Source of the DNA: Candidatus Binatus sp.
GTDB lineage: Bacteria; Desulfobacterota; Binatia; Binatales; Binataceae
Assembly (NCBI RefSeq): GCF_036567905.1
Contig: NZ_DATCTO010000044.1
Span: 16,916-80,915, forward strand
Length of the DNA stretch: 64,000 nucleotides
Direction: 5' to 3'
Part shown: positions 56,249 to 64,000 of the stretch, in pieces
How positions within the stretch are numbered: position 1 is the stretch's first letter
Layout: every line of letters starts with the position of its first letter
Notes under the pieces: model-generated
The model's input: the letters and a program-made list of their open reading frames with translations, nothing else
Told to the model about the DNA's origin: nothing
Database searches by the model: none
Position numbers and translations under genes: made by a program

Positions 56249-57829
56249 ATGAGATGCAGGGCGATCGTAGCAGCCGGCTTGTTCATCTCGATGGCGGCGC
56301 TGGGATTGTCGGTCGCGACAGCCCGCGCCGACGGCAACCTCAACGCGGTCAATCACATCGTCATTGTGATGCAGGAGAACCACTCATTCGACAACTACTT
56401 TGGCGCGCTGCCGTACGCAGCGCGCGGTCCGTACCATCCAGGCCCCTGTGGGCGCAACGATCACTCCTGCGTTGACGGACTAAGCTGTTTACCTATCGGT
56501 GGTGGAAATCTTTTCTGCTTCAACTTCAATTTCGACGAAAGGGGTCACCTGATATTCGCATTCCACGACAACAACTACTGTCCCGGTCCGGACCTGCAGC
56601 ATGACTGGCAGGGTAGCCATATGGAGGCCAACCTGTTCGATCCTGCGGCGGCGCTGTTTTTTTCGCTCAACGACGGCTTTGTGGACGTCAACGCGCAGAC
56701 CGAGCAAGTCTCCGGGACGCCGGATTTCGGCCACAATGACACTATGGGTTATTACAACCAGAACGATCTGCCGTTCTATTACGGGCTGGCGCAGACGTTT
56801 GCGATCAGCGACCGCCATTTCTGCTCGGTAGTCGGGCCGACGTTCCCGAACCGCGCCTATGAAATGGCCGCGACCTCGTTCGGCCACGTCACCACGGGTA
56901 CCGAAATTTACCCGCCGGGATTCCTGCCGACCATGGGGCTGGACACGACCATTGGCTACCAGCCGATCACCGGGTCGATCTTCGATCTGCTCGACGCGGC
57001 TGGAATCAGCTGGATTAACTATTACCAGGATCTGCCCACCTCGGTGATCTTCGAAGGCGACTTCCTGCCCTTCCTGATCGCGCATGCCCGCACCGTCTCC
57101 GGTCCGAGTCCGTTCGGGGGCAGCGATTTCATGACCGCGGCGGCCAACGGCACGCTGCCGCAGGTGTCGTTTGTCGATCCCTCATTCGCGCCGGACCAGG
57201 TGATCAACGGAGCCGTATACGAGACCGACGAACATCCGCCATTCGATATCCGGGCCGGCCAATACGTCACCTCGCAGATCATCCAGGCGGTGCGAAATAG
57301 CCCCAACTGGAAGGACACGGTCGTCTTCCTCACCTATGATGAGCACGGCGGCGCTTACGATCACGTGCCGCCGCCGGCCGCGCCGCAGCACGGAGCGCTC
57401 AACCCGGACGGGATCAATCCGGGGCAATGCGCCGACGCATCGAATCCGCCGGCGAGCGAGCAGCCGGGAGGCGGCCAGCAGTGCAGCGAGAGCTTAAGCG
57501 ACGCTACCGCAATCTGCCCGGGCCTGACCGCGACCGGGCCGTACCCGCGTCATTGCGCGAACTTCAACCAGCTTGGCTTCCGCGTCCCGTTCGTTGCGAT
57601 CTCGCCGTTTGCGAAGCCGCATTACGTCTCGCACACGATCACCGACCACACCTCGATGCTGGCCTTCATCGAGCAGCGCTTCCTCGCGGGGGCGCATCTG
57701 ACGCTGCGCGACGCCAACGCGAACCCCGGGCTCGACCTGTTCGATTTCACGAACTCGCCGTCGCTTAACGCCACCGTGCCGACGGCGCCGCCGCCGGTCG
57801 CCGGCGAGCATGACTGCCCGTTCCCGTGA
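56249..57829 (+). CDS. Secreted phosphoesterase-family protein (phospholipase C/AcpA-like)
   Basis: Signal peptide, then NHIVIVMQENHSFDNYFG and TYDEHGGAYDHVPPP, the hallmark phosphoesterase (PF04185-type) motifs. Confidence 0.85.
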   Translation: MRCRAIVAAGLFISMAALGLSVATARADGNLNAVNHIVIVMQENHSFDNYFGALPYAARGPYHPGPCGRNDHSCVDGLSCLPIGGGNLFCFNFNFDERGHLIFAFHDNNYCPGPDLQHDWQGSHMEANLFDPAAALFFSLNDGFVDVNAQTEQVSGTPDFGHNDTMGYYNQNDLPFYYGLAQTFAISDRHFCSVVGPTFPNRAYEMAATSFGHVTTGTEIYPPGFLPTMGLDTTIGYQPITGSIFDLLDAAGISWINYYQDLPTSVIFEGDFLPFLIAHARTVSGPSPFGGSDFMTAAANGTLPQVSFVDPSFAPDQVINGAVYETDEHPPFDIRAGQYVTSQIIQAVRNSPNWKDTVVFLTYDEHGGAYDHVPPPAAPQHGALNPDGINPGQCADASNPPASEQPGGGQQCSESLSDATAICPGLTATGPYPRHCANFNQLGFRVPFVAISPFAKPHYVSHTITDHTSMLAFIEQRFLAGAHLTLRDANANPGLDLFDFTNSPSLNATVPTAPPPVAGEHDCPFP

Positions 57830-57889
57830 TCGGTCCCGTCCGGGGATTAAGCGGCCGTAGTAAGGCGCTGAAACCGCGCCAGGAATGTA

Positions 57890-57923
57890 AACGACGCGCC
57901 GGCCGCGGGGCCGGCGCGTCGTT
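57890..57923. terminator. 15-bp perfect hairpin between convergent genes
   Basis: AACGACGCGCCGGCC, loop GCGG, GGCCGGCGCGTCGTT, between the phosphoesterase stop (57829) and the bcp stop (57932). There is no clear U-tract. Confidence 0.5.
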
Positions 57924-57931
57924 GCTGGCAA

Positions 57932-58495
57932 TCAGCCGATCTCTTTGAGCGCCTCGATCACTTCGTCGGTGTGCCCGTTGACCTTAACCTTGGGAAAGAC
58001 GCGGCGCACGACGCCCGCTTTGTCGATCACGAACGTGGTGCGCTCGATGCCCATGAACTCGCGCCCGTAAAGCGACTTCTTCTTGTACACGCCGTAGAGC
58101 CGGCAGACCTTGTTGCCGGGATCGGCGAGCAACGGGAAGTTGAGGCCGTGCTTGGCGGCGAACCTGGCGTGCGAGTCGCTCGAGTCGGCGCTGATGCCGG
58201 CGACTTTTGCGCCGAGCGCTTTGATCGGCGCGATGTTGTCGCGAAAGCTGCACGCCTCGACCGTGCATCCGGGCGTCATGTCCCTCGGATAGAAGTACAG
58301 CACCAGGTTGTTCGAGCCGATCAGATCTTTCAGCGCGACGGTTTTTCCGTCGGCGTCGGACAGCGCGAACGCGGGCGCCTTTTTTCCTTGAAGCGCGGCG
58401 CTGGCGCTGTTCGACGCGGCAGGACCGGTGGCCTTGGCGCGAGCGCCTGCGGTCTTCTTCGGAGTTTTCGCGGTGGTTTTTCTCGATGTAGGCAT
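57932..58495 (-). CDS. bcp: Peroxiredoxin Bcp (thiol peroxidase)
   Basis: LVLYFYPRDMTPGCTVEACSFRD active site. Preceded by a Lys/Ala/Thr-rich N-terminal extension of about 35 aa. Confidence 0.9.
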   Translation of the reverse strand: MPTSRKTTAKTPKKTAGARAKATGPAASNSASAALQGKKAPAFALSDADGKTVALKDLIGSNNLVLYFYPRDMTPGCTVEACSFRDNIAPIKALGAKVAGISADSSDSHARFAAKHGLNFPLLADPGNKVCRLYGVYKKKSLYGREFMGIERTTFVIDKAGVVRRVFPKVKVNGHTDEVIEALKEIG

Positions 58496-58678
58496 GAGAT
58501 TGATTTAGTCTCGCGCGACGCTTGTGGCAACTTGGACATTATCGCGGCTGTCCTGAGACCACTTGCCGAATTCACGACACCCCTTGTTTAGCAGGGTTTT
58601 CTGACCCCTAGTTGACGAACTGCCAATCACGCCCTAGACTTGGCCGACTGACAGTCCTTCGATCGATTGCACCTCCTC

Positions 58679-59713
58679 ATGGCCGTTTACACCGAGTTAA
58701 GCAAACCGTTTCTCAAGGAGCTCGCGGACGATTACGGTCTGGGCCGCGTCACCAGCGCGACCGGCATCCCGGAAGGATCCGTCAGCACCAACTACCTGCT
58801 CGAAGCCGCCAAGGGCAAATTCCTGCTGCGGTTGGACGAGGTCAAGCGCGAGAACGAACTGAAGCGCGAAATCGATTTGCTTTCGTTCCTGCGCAAGCAT
58901 TCGTTTCCCTGCCCGCATCCGATGCAGGATCGGATGGGCCGCTTTTACCGCAATTTCAACAACCGCTGCGTGTCGCTGTTCAAGTACCAGGAGGGCAAGG
59001 TGCTGGCGCCCGCGCGGCTCAAGCCGAGCCAGCTCGAGACCATCGGTCACACCCTTGGCGATCTGCATGTAATCGGCAAAGCGTACAAGAAGGGAATCGA
59101 CAACCGCTTCAGCTTCGAGCGAATCGCCGACCTGTACCTGACCGTGCGCAACCGGCTGCCGAACTATTTCCGCAAGATTTGCCGCACCCTGGACGACGAG
59201 GTCGAGTATCTGACGCGCTACCTCGAGAGCAAGCTGCCCAAGGGCGTCATCCACGGCGACATCTTCGCCGACAACCTGCTGTTTCGCGGCGAGCGGCTGA
59301 CCGCGATGCTCGATTTCGACGCCGCCTGCCGCGGCAAGTTCATTTTCGACATCGCCACGGCTGTCAATGCACTGTGCTTCGTCGACGGCGCCTACTCGCT
59401 CGACCGCTTCCGCTATCTGCTGTCGGGCTACGAGTCGGTGCGCACGCTGTCGTTGGCGGAATGGGACGCGTTTCCCAACGAGCTGCGGTTTTCGTCGCTG
59501 CGCTTCACCGTCACGCGCCTGCGCGATTTCTTTCTGCAGCCGGTGGACGGCCACAATCGCGTGGACAAGGACTTCCGCGAGTTCTTCGATCGCCTGCGGG
59601 TGCTGCGCCGCGAGCGCCAGGGCGGGATGGAGCCGCTGCTGATGGCGATGGCGACCGGATACGACTACCGCAAATACCAGAAGGTCAAAGCGACCGAGCG
59701 CCGGCAGGCGTGA
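58679..59713 (+). CDS. thrB: Homoserine kinase type II (protein-kinase fold)
   Basis: MAVYTELSKPFLKELADDYGLG, TNYLLE..GKFLLRL and VIHGDIFADNLLF (HGD..xxN) motifs. Confidence 0.8.
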   Translation: MAVYTELSKPFLKELADDYGLGRVTSATGIPEGSVSTNYLLEAAKGKFLLRLDEVKRENELKREIDLLSFLRKHSFPCPHPMQDRMGRFYRNFNNRCVSLFKYQEGKVLAPARLKPSQLETIGHTLGDLHVIGKAYKKGIDNRFSFERIADLYLTVRNRLPNYFRKICRTLDDEVEYLTRYLESKLPKGVIHGDIFADNLLFRGERLTAMLDFDAACRGKFIFDIATAVNALCFVDGAYSLDRFRYLLSGYESVRTLSLAEWDAFPNELRFSSLRFTVTRLRDFFLQPVDGHNRVDKDFREFFDRLRVLRRERQGGMEPLLMAMATGYDYRKYQKVKATERRQA

Positions 59714-59759
59714 GGGATTGAGACACGCGGCCTGATTCACCTCTCCGCGGAGAAATCCG

Positions 59760-60662
59760 TTGCCTTCAATTCTTGACAGCCTGAACGCCGCCGCGCCTGC
59801 GCTATGGCTCGAGGTTTCTCCCCCGCGCGGAATCAATCCGGGGCCGCTGCTTCGCCGCCTCGCCGAGCTGGCGGGGCACGTCGATGCGATCAACCTGACC
59901 GACAACGCGCTGGGCAAGGTCAAGATGTCGGGGCTGGTCTTCGCCGCCGCGATCAAGGGGCGCCTGAAAATCCCGGTCGTGCTGAACCTCTCGTGCCGCG
60001 ACCGCAACCGCTTCGCGCTGAAATCCGATCTGCTGGGCGCGGCAGCTCTGGGGATCGACGCGGTGGTTGCGCTCAACGGCGACAAAATCCCTCCCGGCGC
60101 CGACGGCGCCGCGATCGCCGCGCATGACATCGACGCATGCCGGTTGCTCGCGATGATCGGCGACTTGAATCGCGGCGACACCGGCGAGGGCAAGCCGCCC
60201 CTGAAGAGGGTCCCGTCGATTGTTGCCGGTGCGGTCGCCAATCCGAATCGAAAGAACCTCGAGCGCGAGTTCGCCCTCCTTGCGCGCAAGGCCGCCGCCG
60301 GCGCGCGCTTCGTGATCACGCAGCCGGTGTTCGACGCCGAGACCGGGCGGCGCTTTATTGCCAAAGCCAACAGCCTCGGAATCAGGACGATGCTTGGGAT
60401 TCTCCCGGTCAAGCGCGAGGCGATGGCGACCTACCTGATCGATCGCGTGAAAGATCTAAGCGGTGCGCGGAGCCATCTGGACAGGTTCGGCGGGATGAGC
60501 GAAGAAGAGGTGCGCGCGCTTTCGCTGCGCGAGAACATGGAGCTGATGAAGTCGTTGGCTGGTGAGGCGGCGGGGTTCATCATCATGAGCGGTGGCGGCC
60601 CGTCACTGGCGATCGAGCTGGCTCTACAGTTCAGCCGCTGGCGCGAGGAGATCGGCAGATGA
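59760..60662 (+). CDS. metF: Methylenetetrahydrofolate reductase family protein
   Basis: 300 aa TIM-barrel-like protein. [27 protein letters not shown] and FVITQPVFD are MTHFR-family features. TTG start. The stop overlaps the folE start. Confidence 0.7.
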   Translation: MPSILDSLNAAAPALWLEVSPPRGINPGPLLRRLAELAGHVDAINLTDNALGKVKMSGLVFAAAIKGRLKIPVVLNLSCRDRNRFALKSDLLGAAALGIDAVVALNGDKIPPGADGAAIAAHDIDACRLLAMIGDLNRGDTGEGKPPLKRVPSIVAGAVANPNRKNLEREFALLARKAAAGARFVITQPVFDAETGRRFIAKANSLGIRTMLGILPVKREAMATYLIDRVKDLSGARSHLDRFGGMSEEEVRALSLRENMELMKSLAGEAAGFIIMSGGGPSLAIELALQFSRWREEIGR

Positions 60663-61324
60663 AGCGTATTCGCGCGGACAAGAATCGCGCCGGCCGGGGA
60701 TTAACAGTGGAAAAAGCGAACGCCGAAACGATCGCCCGCAACAATCCAAATGCAAATGGCCGCGGCAAAGTCGAAGATGCGGTTCGCGTCATCATCCGCC
60801 ATATCGGTGAGGACCCGGATCGCGAAGGACTCAAACGCACGCCCGCGCGCGTCGCCAGCGCTTATGAATTTCTAACCAGCGGCTACGCCATGGATCCAAA
60901 GGAAGCGATCAACGACGCGCTGTTTGCCGAACAGGACTACCAGGAAATGATCCTGTGCAAGGATTTGGACTTCTACTCCCTGTGCGAGCATCACCTGCTG
61001 CCGTTCATGGGCAAGGCGCACGTCGCCTACCTGCCCAATCGCAAGATCGTCGGAATCTCGAAGCTGGCGCGATTGGTGGAAATTTACGCGCGACGGCTCC
61101 AGGTGCAGGAGCGGTTGACCACCCAGATCGCGCACACGCTCATGGCGGAGGTCCAGCCGCTCGGCGTCGCCGTGGTGATCGAGGCCGAGCATCTGTGCAT
61201 GCGGATGCGCGGCGTCGAGAAGCAGAATTGCTACGTCACCACGTCGGCGATGCTCGGCGCGTTCCGCACTCACACCGAGACGCGCCAGGAGTTCATGCAG
61301 CTGCTGCGCAACGGCAAGCCGTGA
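60659..61324 (+). CDS. folE: GTP cyclohydrolase I
   Basis: [48 protein letters not shown] is the canonical FolE core. Confidence 0.95.
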   Translation: MKRIRADKNRAGRGLTVEKANAETIARNNPNANGRGKVEDAVRVIIRHIGEDPDREGLKRTPARVASAYEFLTSGYAMDPKEAINDALFAEQDYQEMILCKDLDFYSLCEHHLLPFMGKAHVAYLPNRKIVGISKLARLVEIYARRLQVQERLTTQIAHTLMAEVQPLGVAVVIEAEHLCMRMRGVEKQNCYVTTSAMLGAFRTHTETRQEFMQLLRNGKP

Positions 61325-61353
61325 CCGCGGCGCGAATTTACGGGGCTTTATTT

Positions 61354-61450
61354 TTCCTCTCCCTGTTAGGGAGAGGATGAAGGTGAGGGTCTTTATACAG
61401 CGCGCCATGTTTTCCCTTCTTAATACTGGCTTCCCGTGCCCACGGGCGCG
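61354..61450 (+). repeat. About 100-nt modular repeat, copy E
   Basis: CCTCTCCC-TGTTA-GGGAGAGG hairpin, GATGAAGGTGAGGGT, TATACAGCGCGCC, CTTCTTAATACTGGC. Collinear with 47644-47748. Confidence 0.7.
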
Positions 61451-61527
61451 CGCGATTCAGGATTCTGCGAGTCGCGACCGCACAGCGAGCCGATGATCGT
61501 CGTCCCGAAACTCAAAAGGAACAATTG

Positions 61528-62202
61528 ATGGCTGCCAACGACGATGCACTCGACGCACTCGGTCAATATGCGCTTCGCTACGTCAAGCCCGGGCATACCA
61601 TCGGACTTGGCACCGGCAGGGCGGCGAGCGCGTTCATTCGGGCTCTGGGAGCCAGCCGGATTCAAGTTCGTGGCGTGCCGACTTCCAGCGCGAGCGAGCA
61701 ACTCGGTCGCTCGGTGGGAATCCCGATCGTCACGCTGGCGGACGGAGGAAAAATCGACACCGACTTCGACGGCGCCGACGAGGTCGATCCGCGCCTCAAT
61801 CTGATCAAGGGCTACGGCGGAGCGCTGGTGCGCGAAAAAATCGTGGCCGCATCGTCGCGCCGGTTCGTCGTGCTGGTCGGCGAGGAAAAGCTGGTGCCGA
61901 AACTCGGCCATCGCGGGAGCATCCCGGTGGAAGTGATTCCGTTCGGAGTGCCGCTCGCGATGGCGAAGATCAAAGCGCTCGGGATGAAGCCGCGAATTCG
62001 CGAAAACGAAGGCAAGGAACTGGTTACCGACAACGGCAACTGGATTCTCGACTGCGCGGTGAAGAAGATCGCCAGTCCGGCGCGGCTGGATCGAGAGCTG
62101 CTGGCGATTCCGGGCGTGGTCGGCACCGGCTTGTTCATCGCGATGGCGGATGTGGTCCTGGTTGCGGAGTCATCGGGAAAAATCCGCGTGCTGCGACGGT
62201 AG
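61528..62202 (+). CDS. rpiA: Ribose-5-phosphate isomerase A
   Basis: GLGTGRAAS, DGADEVDPRLNLIKGYGGALVREKIVA motifs. ATG at 61528 with an AAGGA RBS. Confidence 0.9.
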   Translation: MAANDDALDALGQYALRYVKPGHTIGLGTGRAASAFIRALGASRIQVRGVPTSSASEQLGRSVGIPIVTLADGGKIDTDFDGADEVDPRLNLIKGYGGALVREKIVAASSRRFVVLVGEEKLVPKLGHRGSIPVEVIPFGVPLAMAKIKALGMKPRIRENEGKELVTDNGNWILDCAVKKIASPARLDRELLAIPGVVGTGLFIAMADVVLVAESSGKIRVLRR

Positions 62203-62205
62203 CGC

Positions 62206-62284
62206 GCAGCCTGCCTTCATACTGAAAAAAGCCGCGCCACCGGAGCGCGCTCTTACTGGTGAAAAAGTCTTAATACTGAAGTAA
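62206..62284 (+). repeat. About 79-nt repeat with iterated CTTAATACTGAAAAAAG-like units, intergenic copy
   Basis: GCAGCCTGCCTTCATACTGAAAAAAG, a short hairpin, CTCTTACTGGTGAAAAAG, then TCTTAATACTGAAGTAAG. It ends at the GTG start of the next gene and is collinear with 62570-62644. Confidence 0.6.
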
Positions 62285-63685
62285 GTGAGTTCACCGACTA
62301 CAGATTCCGATTCCCAAAGGGCGGCGCGGGCGGACCTGGAAACGATCTATCGTGCGGCCGTCGCGGCTGTAGATCCCGCCCGGCTCGTCGGGCGCGCGAT
62401 GGACGGCGGATGTCACGGCGCGGAGCAGGTTCCCGATTTGGTCGCGGGCGCGTCACGAGTCTTGATGCTGGCGGTGGGCAAGGCGGCGGCCGCAATGGCG
62501 CATGAGATCGAACGCCGAATCGCCGACAAGCTCGCCGATGCGCTCGCCATAATTCCAAGAGCCGCGACAAAGCAGCCTGCCTTAATACTGAAAAAAGGTA
62601 CCGCCGCGACAGCGGAGCGGGCCTTAATACTTAAAAAACTGAAAAGAGTGCGAGTGCTCGCGTCGAGCCATCCTGTACCCGACGAGTCATCCGAGGCTGC
62701 GGCGCATGCGGCGTGCGAGATGTTGCATGGGGCGGCGGCGGACGACCTGGTGATTGTCGCGCTGAGCGGAGGCGCGTCGGCGATGCTCACGTGGCCGGCC
62801 GAGGGGATAGCGCTGGCGGACAAGATCGCGGTTAATCAAGCGCTGCTCAAAGCCGGCGCGTCGATTCGCGAGCTCAACGTCGTGCGCAGGCATCTTTCGG
62901 CCGTGAAGGGCGGGCGGCTCATCCGCCATTGCGGCGGCGCACGCGTGCTCGGGCTGATCCTGTCCGACGTGCCGGGCAACGACCTGGCGACGATTGGCTC
63001 GGGGCTGACCGCGGGTGACTGGAGCAGCTTCGGCGACGCGGTCGCGGTGCTGAAGCGGCGCAACGTATGGGGGCGTGCGCCCGAGTCTGTGCGCGGGTAC
63101 CTCGAGCGGGCGGTAGCGGGCGAAGCCGACGCGACGGTAAAGACCAACGATCCGATCCTCGAACGCGTGACCAACGTGATCATTGGCGACGGCGAGGTTG
63201 CGCTTGAGGGCGCCGAGCAGGCGGCTGCTGCCCTCGGCTATCATCCGGATCGATGGATCGAGCTGCGCGGCGAGGCCAACGACGTCGGCCGCGCGATTGC
63301 GCAGCGCCTGTGCCAGATCACGCGCGAGCGGGTATGCGCCATGGCAAGCGGCGAGCCGGTGGTGACGGTGCGCGGAGCGGGGCGGGGCGGACGCGCCCAG
63401 CAATCCGCGCTGGCGGCGGCAATCGAACTGTCGGAGATCGGACCCGGGCGTCGAATCACGGCGTTGTTCGCGGGCACCGACGGAATCGACGGGCCGACGG
63501 ACGCGGCCGGAGCATTCGCGTCGCCGGCCACGGTCGCCGACGGCGATCGCGCCGGAGTCAGCGCTGCGACAGCATTGATCCGCAACGACTCGTACAGCTT
63601 CTTCAAAGCGGCGGGCGGGCTGTTCCTCACGGGGCCGACGGGGACCAACGTCAGCGACATTTTTCTCGCTCTGGTGAATTACTGA
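62285..63685 (+). CDS. Glycerate 2-kinase / hydroxypyruvate reductase family (DUF4147 plus MOFRL)
   Basis: 466 aa with AVGKAAAAMA, SSHPVPDESS, ALSGGASAML, RRHLSAVKGGRL and a C-terminal GTDGIDGPTDAAGA...TGPTGTNVSD (MOFRL). GTG start preceded by an in-frame TAA. Confidence 0.85.
   Translation: MSSPTTDSDSQRAARADLETIYRAAVAAVDPARLVGRAMDGGCHGAEQVPDLVAGASRVLMLAVGKAAAAMAHEIERRIADKLADALAIIPRAATKQPALILKKGTAATAERALILKKLKRVRVLASSHPVPDESSEAAAHAACEMLHGAAADDLVIVALSGGASAMLTWPAEGIALADKIAVNQALLKAGASIRELNVVRRHLSAVKGGRLIRHCGGARVLGLILSDVPGNDLATIGSGLTAGDWSSFGDAVAVLKRRNVWGRAPESVRGYLERAVAGEADATVKTNDPILERVTNVIIGDGEVALEGAEQAAAALGYHPDRWIELRGEANDVGRAIAQRLCQITRERVCAMASGEPVVTVRGAGRGGRAQQSALAAAIELSEIGPGRRITALFAGTDGIDGPTDAAGAFASPATVADGDRAGVSAATALIRNDSYSFFKAAGGLFLTGPTGTNVSDIFLALVNY
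62570..62644 (+). repeat. Copy of the same repeat, inserted in frame inside the glycerate kinase CDS
   Basis: AAGCAGCCTGCCTTAATACTGAAAAAAGG...GCCTTAATACTTAAAAAACTGAAA, translated as KQPALILKKGTAATAERALILKKLK (residues 96-120). It is 75 nt, a multiple of 3. Confidence 0.65.
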
Positions 63686-63699
63686 GGCAGGGGCCATTG

Positions 63700-64000
63700 A
63701 TGACGCTGAACCGTGAAAAGAGTCTGGCAAGATTTCGCGATGAGGAATTCGATCTCGCGGTAATCGGCGCGGGCATCAATGGCGCCGCCGTCGCGCGCGA
63801 CGCTGCGATGCGGGGACTGCGCGTTGCGCTGATAGACCGCGGCGATTTCGCCTGCGCCACGTCGTCGCGATCGTCCAAGCTGATTCACGGCGGTTTTCGC
63901 TATCTCCCGCAGGGACAACTCAAACTGGTGTACGCGGCGCTGCGCGAGCGCGAGCGCTTGCGCCATCTCACGGCGCCGCACCTGGTGCATCCGATTCAAT
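63700..64000 (+). CDS. glpD: FAD-dependent glycerol-3-phosphate dehydrogenase (N-terminal part only)
   Basis: The ATG at 63700 gives MTLNREKSLARFRDEEFDLAVIGAGINGAAVARDAAMRGLRVALIDRGDFACATSSRSSKLIHGGFRYL. This includes the dinucleotide-binding GxGxxG and the SSRSSKLIHGG motif. It runs off the window end. Confidence 0.85.
   Translation, partial: MTLNREKSLARFRDEEFDLAVIGAGINGAAVARDAAMRGLRVALIDRGDFACATSSRSSKLIHGGFRYLPQGQLKLVYAALRERERLRHLTAPHLVHPIQ

Overview
High-GC bacterial chromosomal segment (roughly 60-65% GC by eye, not computed), densely coded on both strands. All family calls come from reading motifs in the supplied translations, because no searches could be run.

The window holds the replication-initiation neighbourhood. 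dnaA and dnaN sit at 26.5-29.3 kb on the minus strand, with consensus DnaA boxes, an AT-rich unwinding candidate and a DnaA-trio-like element. About 18 kb away on the same strand lies rpmH-rnpA-yidD-yidC-jag.

Most other genes are housekeeping:
- Metabolism and cofactors: guaB, fabI, gloB, hemL, fumC, hisG/hisI, thrB, metF, folE, rpiA, a glycerate kinase, glpD.
- Energy and uptake: a split atpZ-I-B-E block, pstS.
- DNA maintenance and division: ftsB, mutS2, a stand-alone Smr protein, a UvrD-like helicase.
- Several CoA-transferase, crotonase and carboxylase genes.

AsmA, a YidC with a large periplasmic loop, lipoboxes and Tad pseudopilins indicate a diderm. The lineage cannot be assigned without a search. 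I recognised no rRNA, tRNA, CRISPR array, transposase, integrase or phage genes.

Items most worth a second look:
1. An orphan five-gene Tad-like pseudopilin operon (43.7-47.4 kb) that includes a 1.25 kb tandem gene duplication and a small zinc-ribbon gene.
2. Several families of modular hairpin repeats in intergenic regions. One ~75-nt copy is inserted in frame inside the glycerate kinase gene, and a 510-bp intergenic region is made almost entirely of repeat modules.
3. An operon encoding a fused double class-III CoA-transferase, a PH-like membrane protein, a GatC/AtzG-like small protein and an amidase.
4. A low-GC two-gene cassette next to guaB that appears to be leaderless.
5. A 35-aa lysine-rich ORF driven by a near-consensus promoter and ribosome-binding site (RBS).

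None of these can be shown to be a new system from sequence alone, and the interest scores reflect that.
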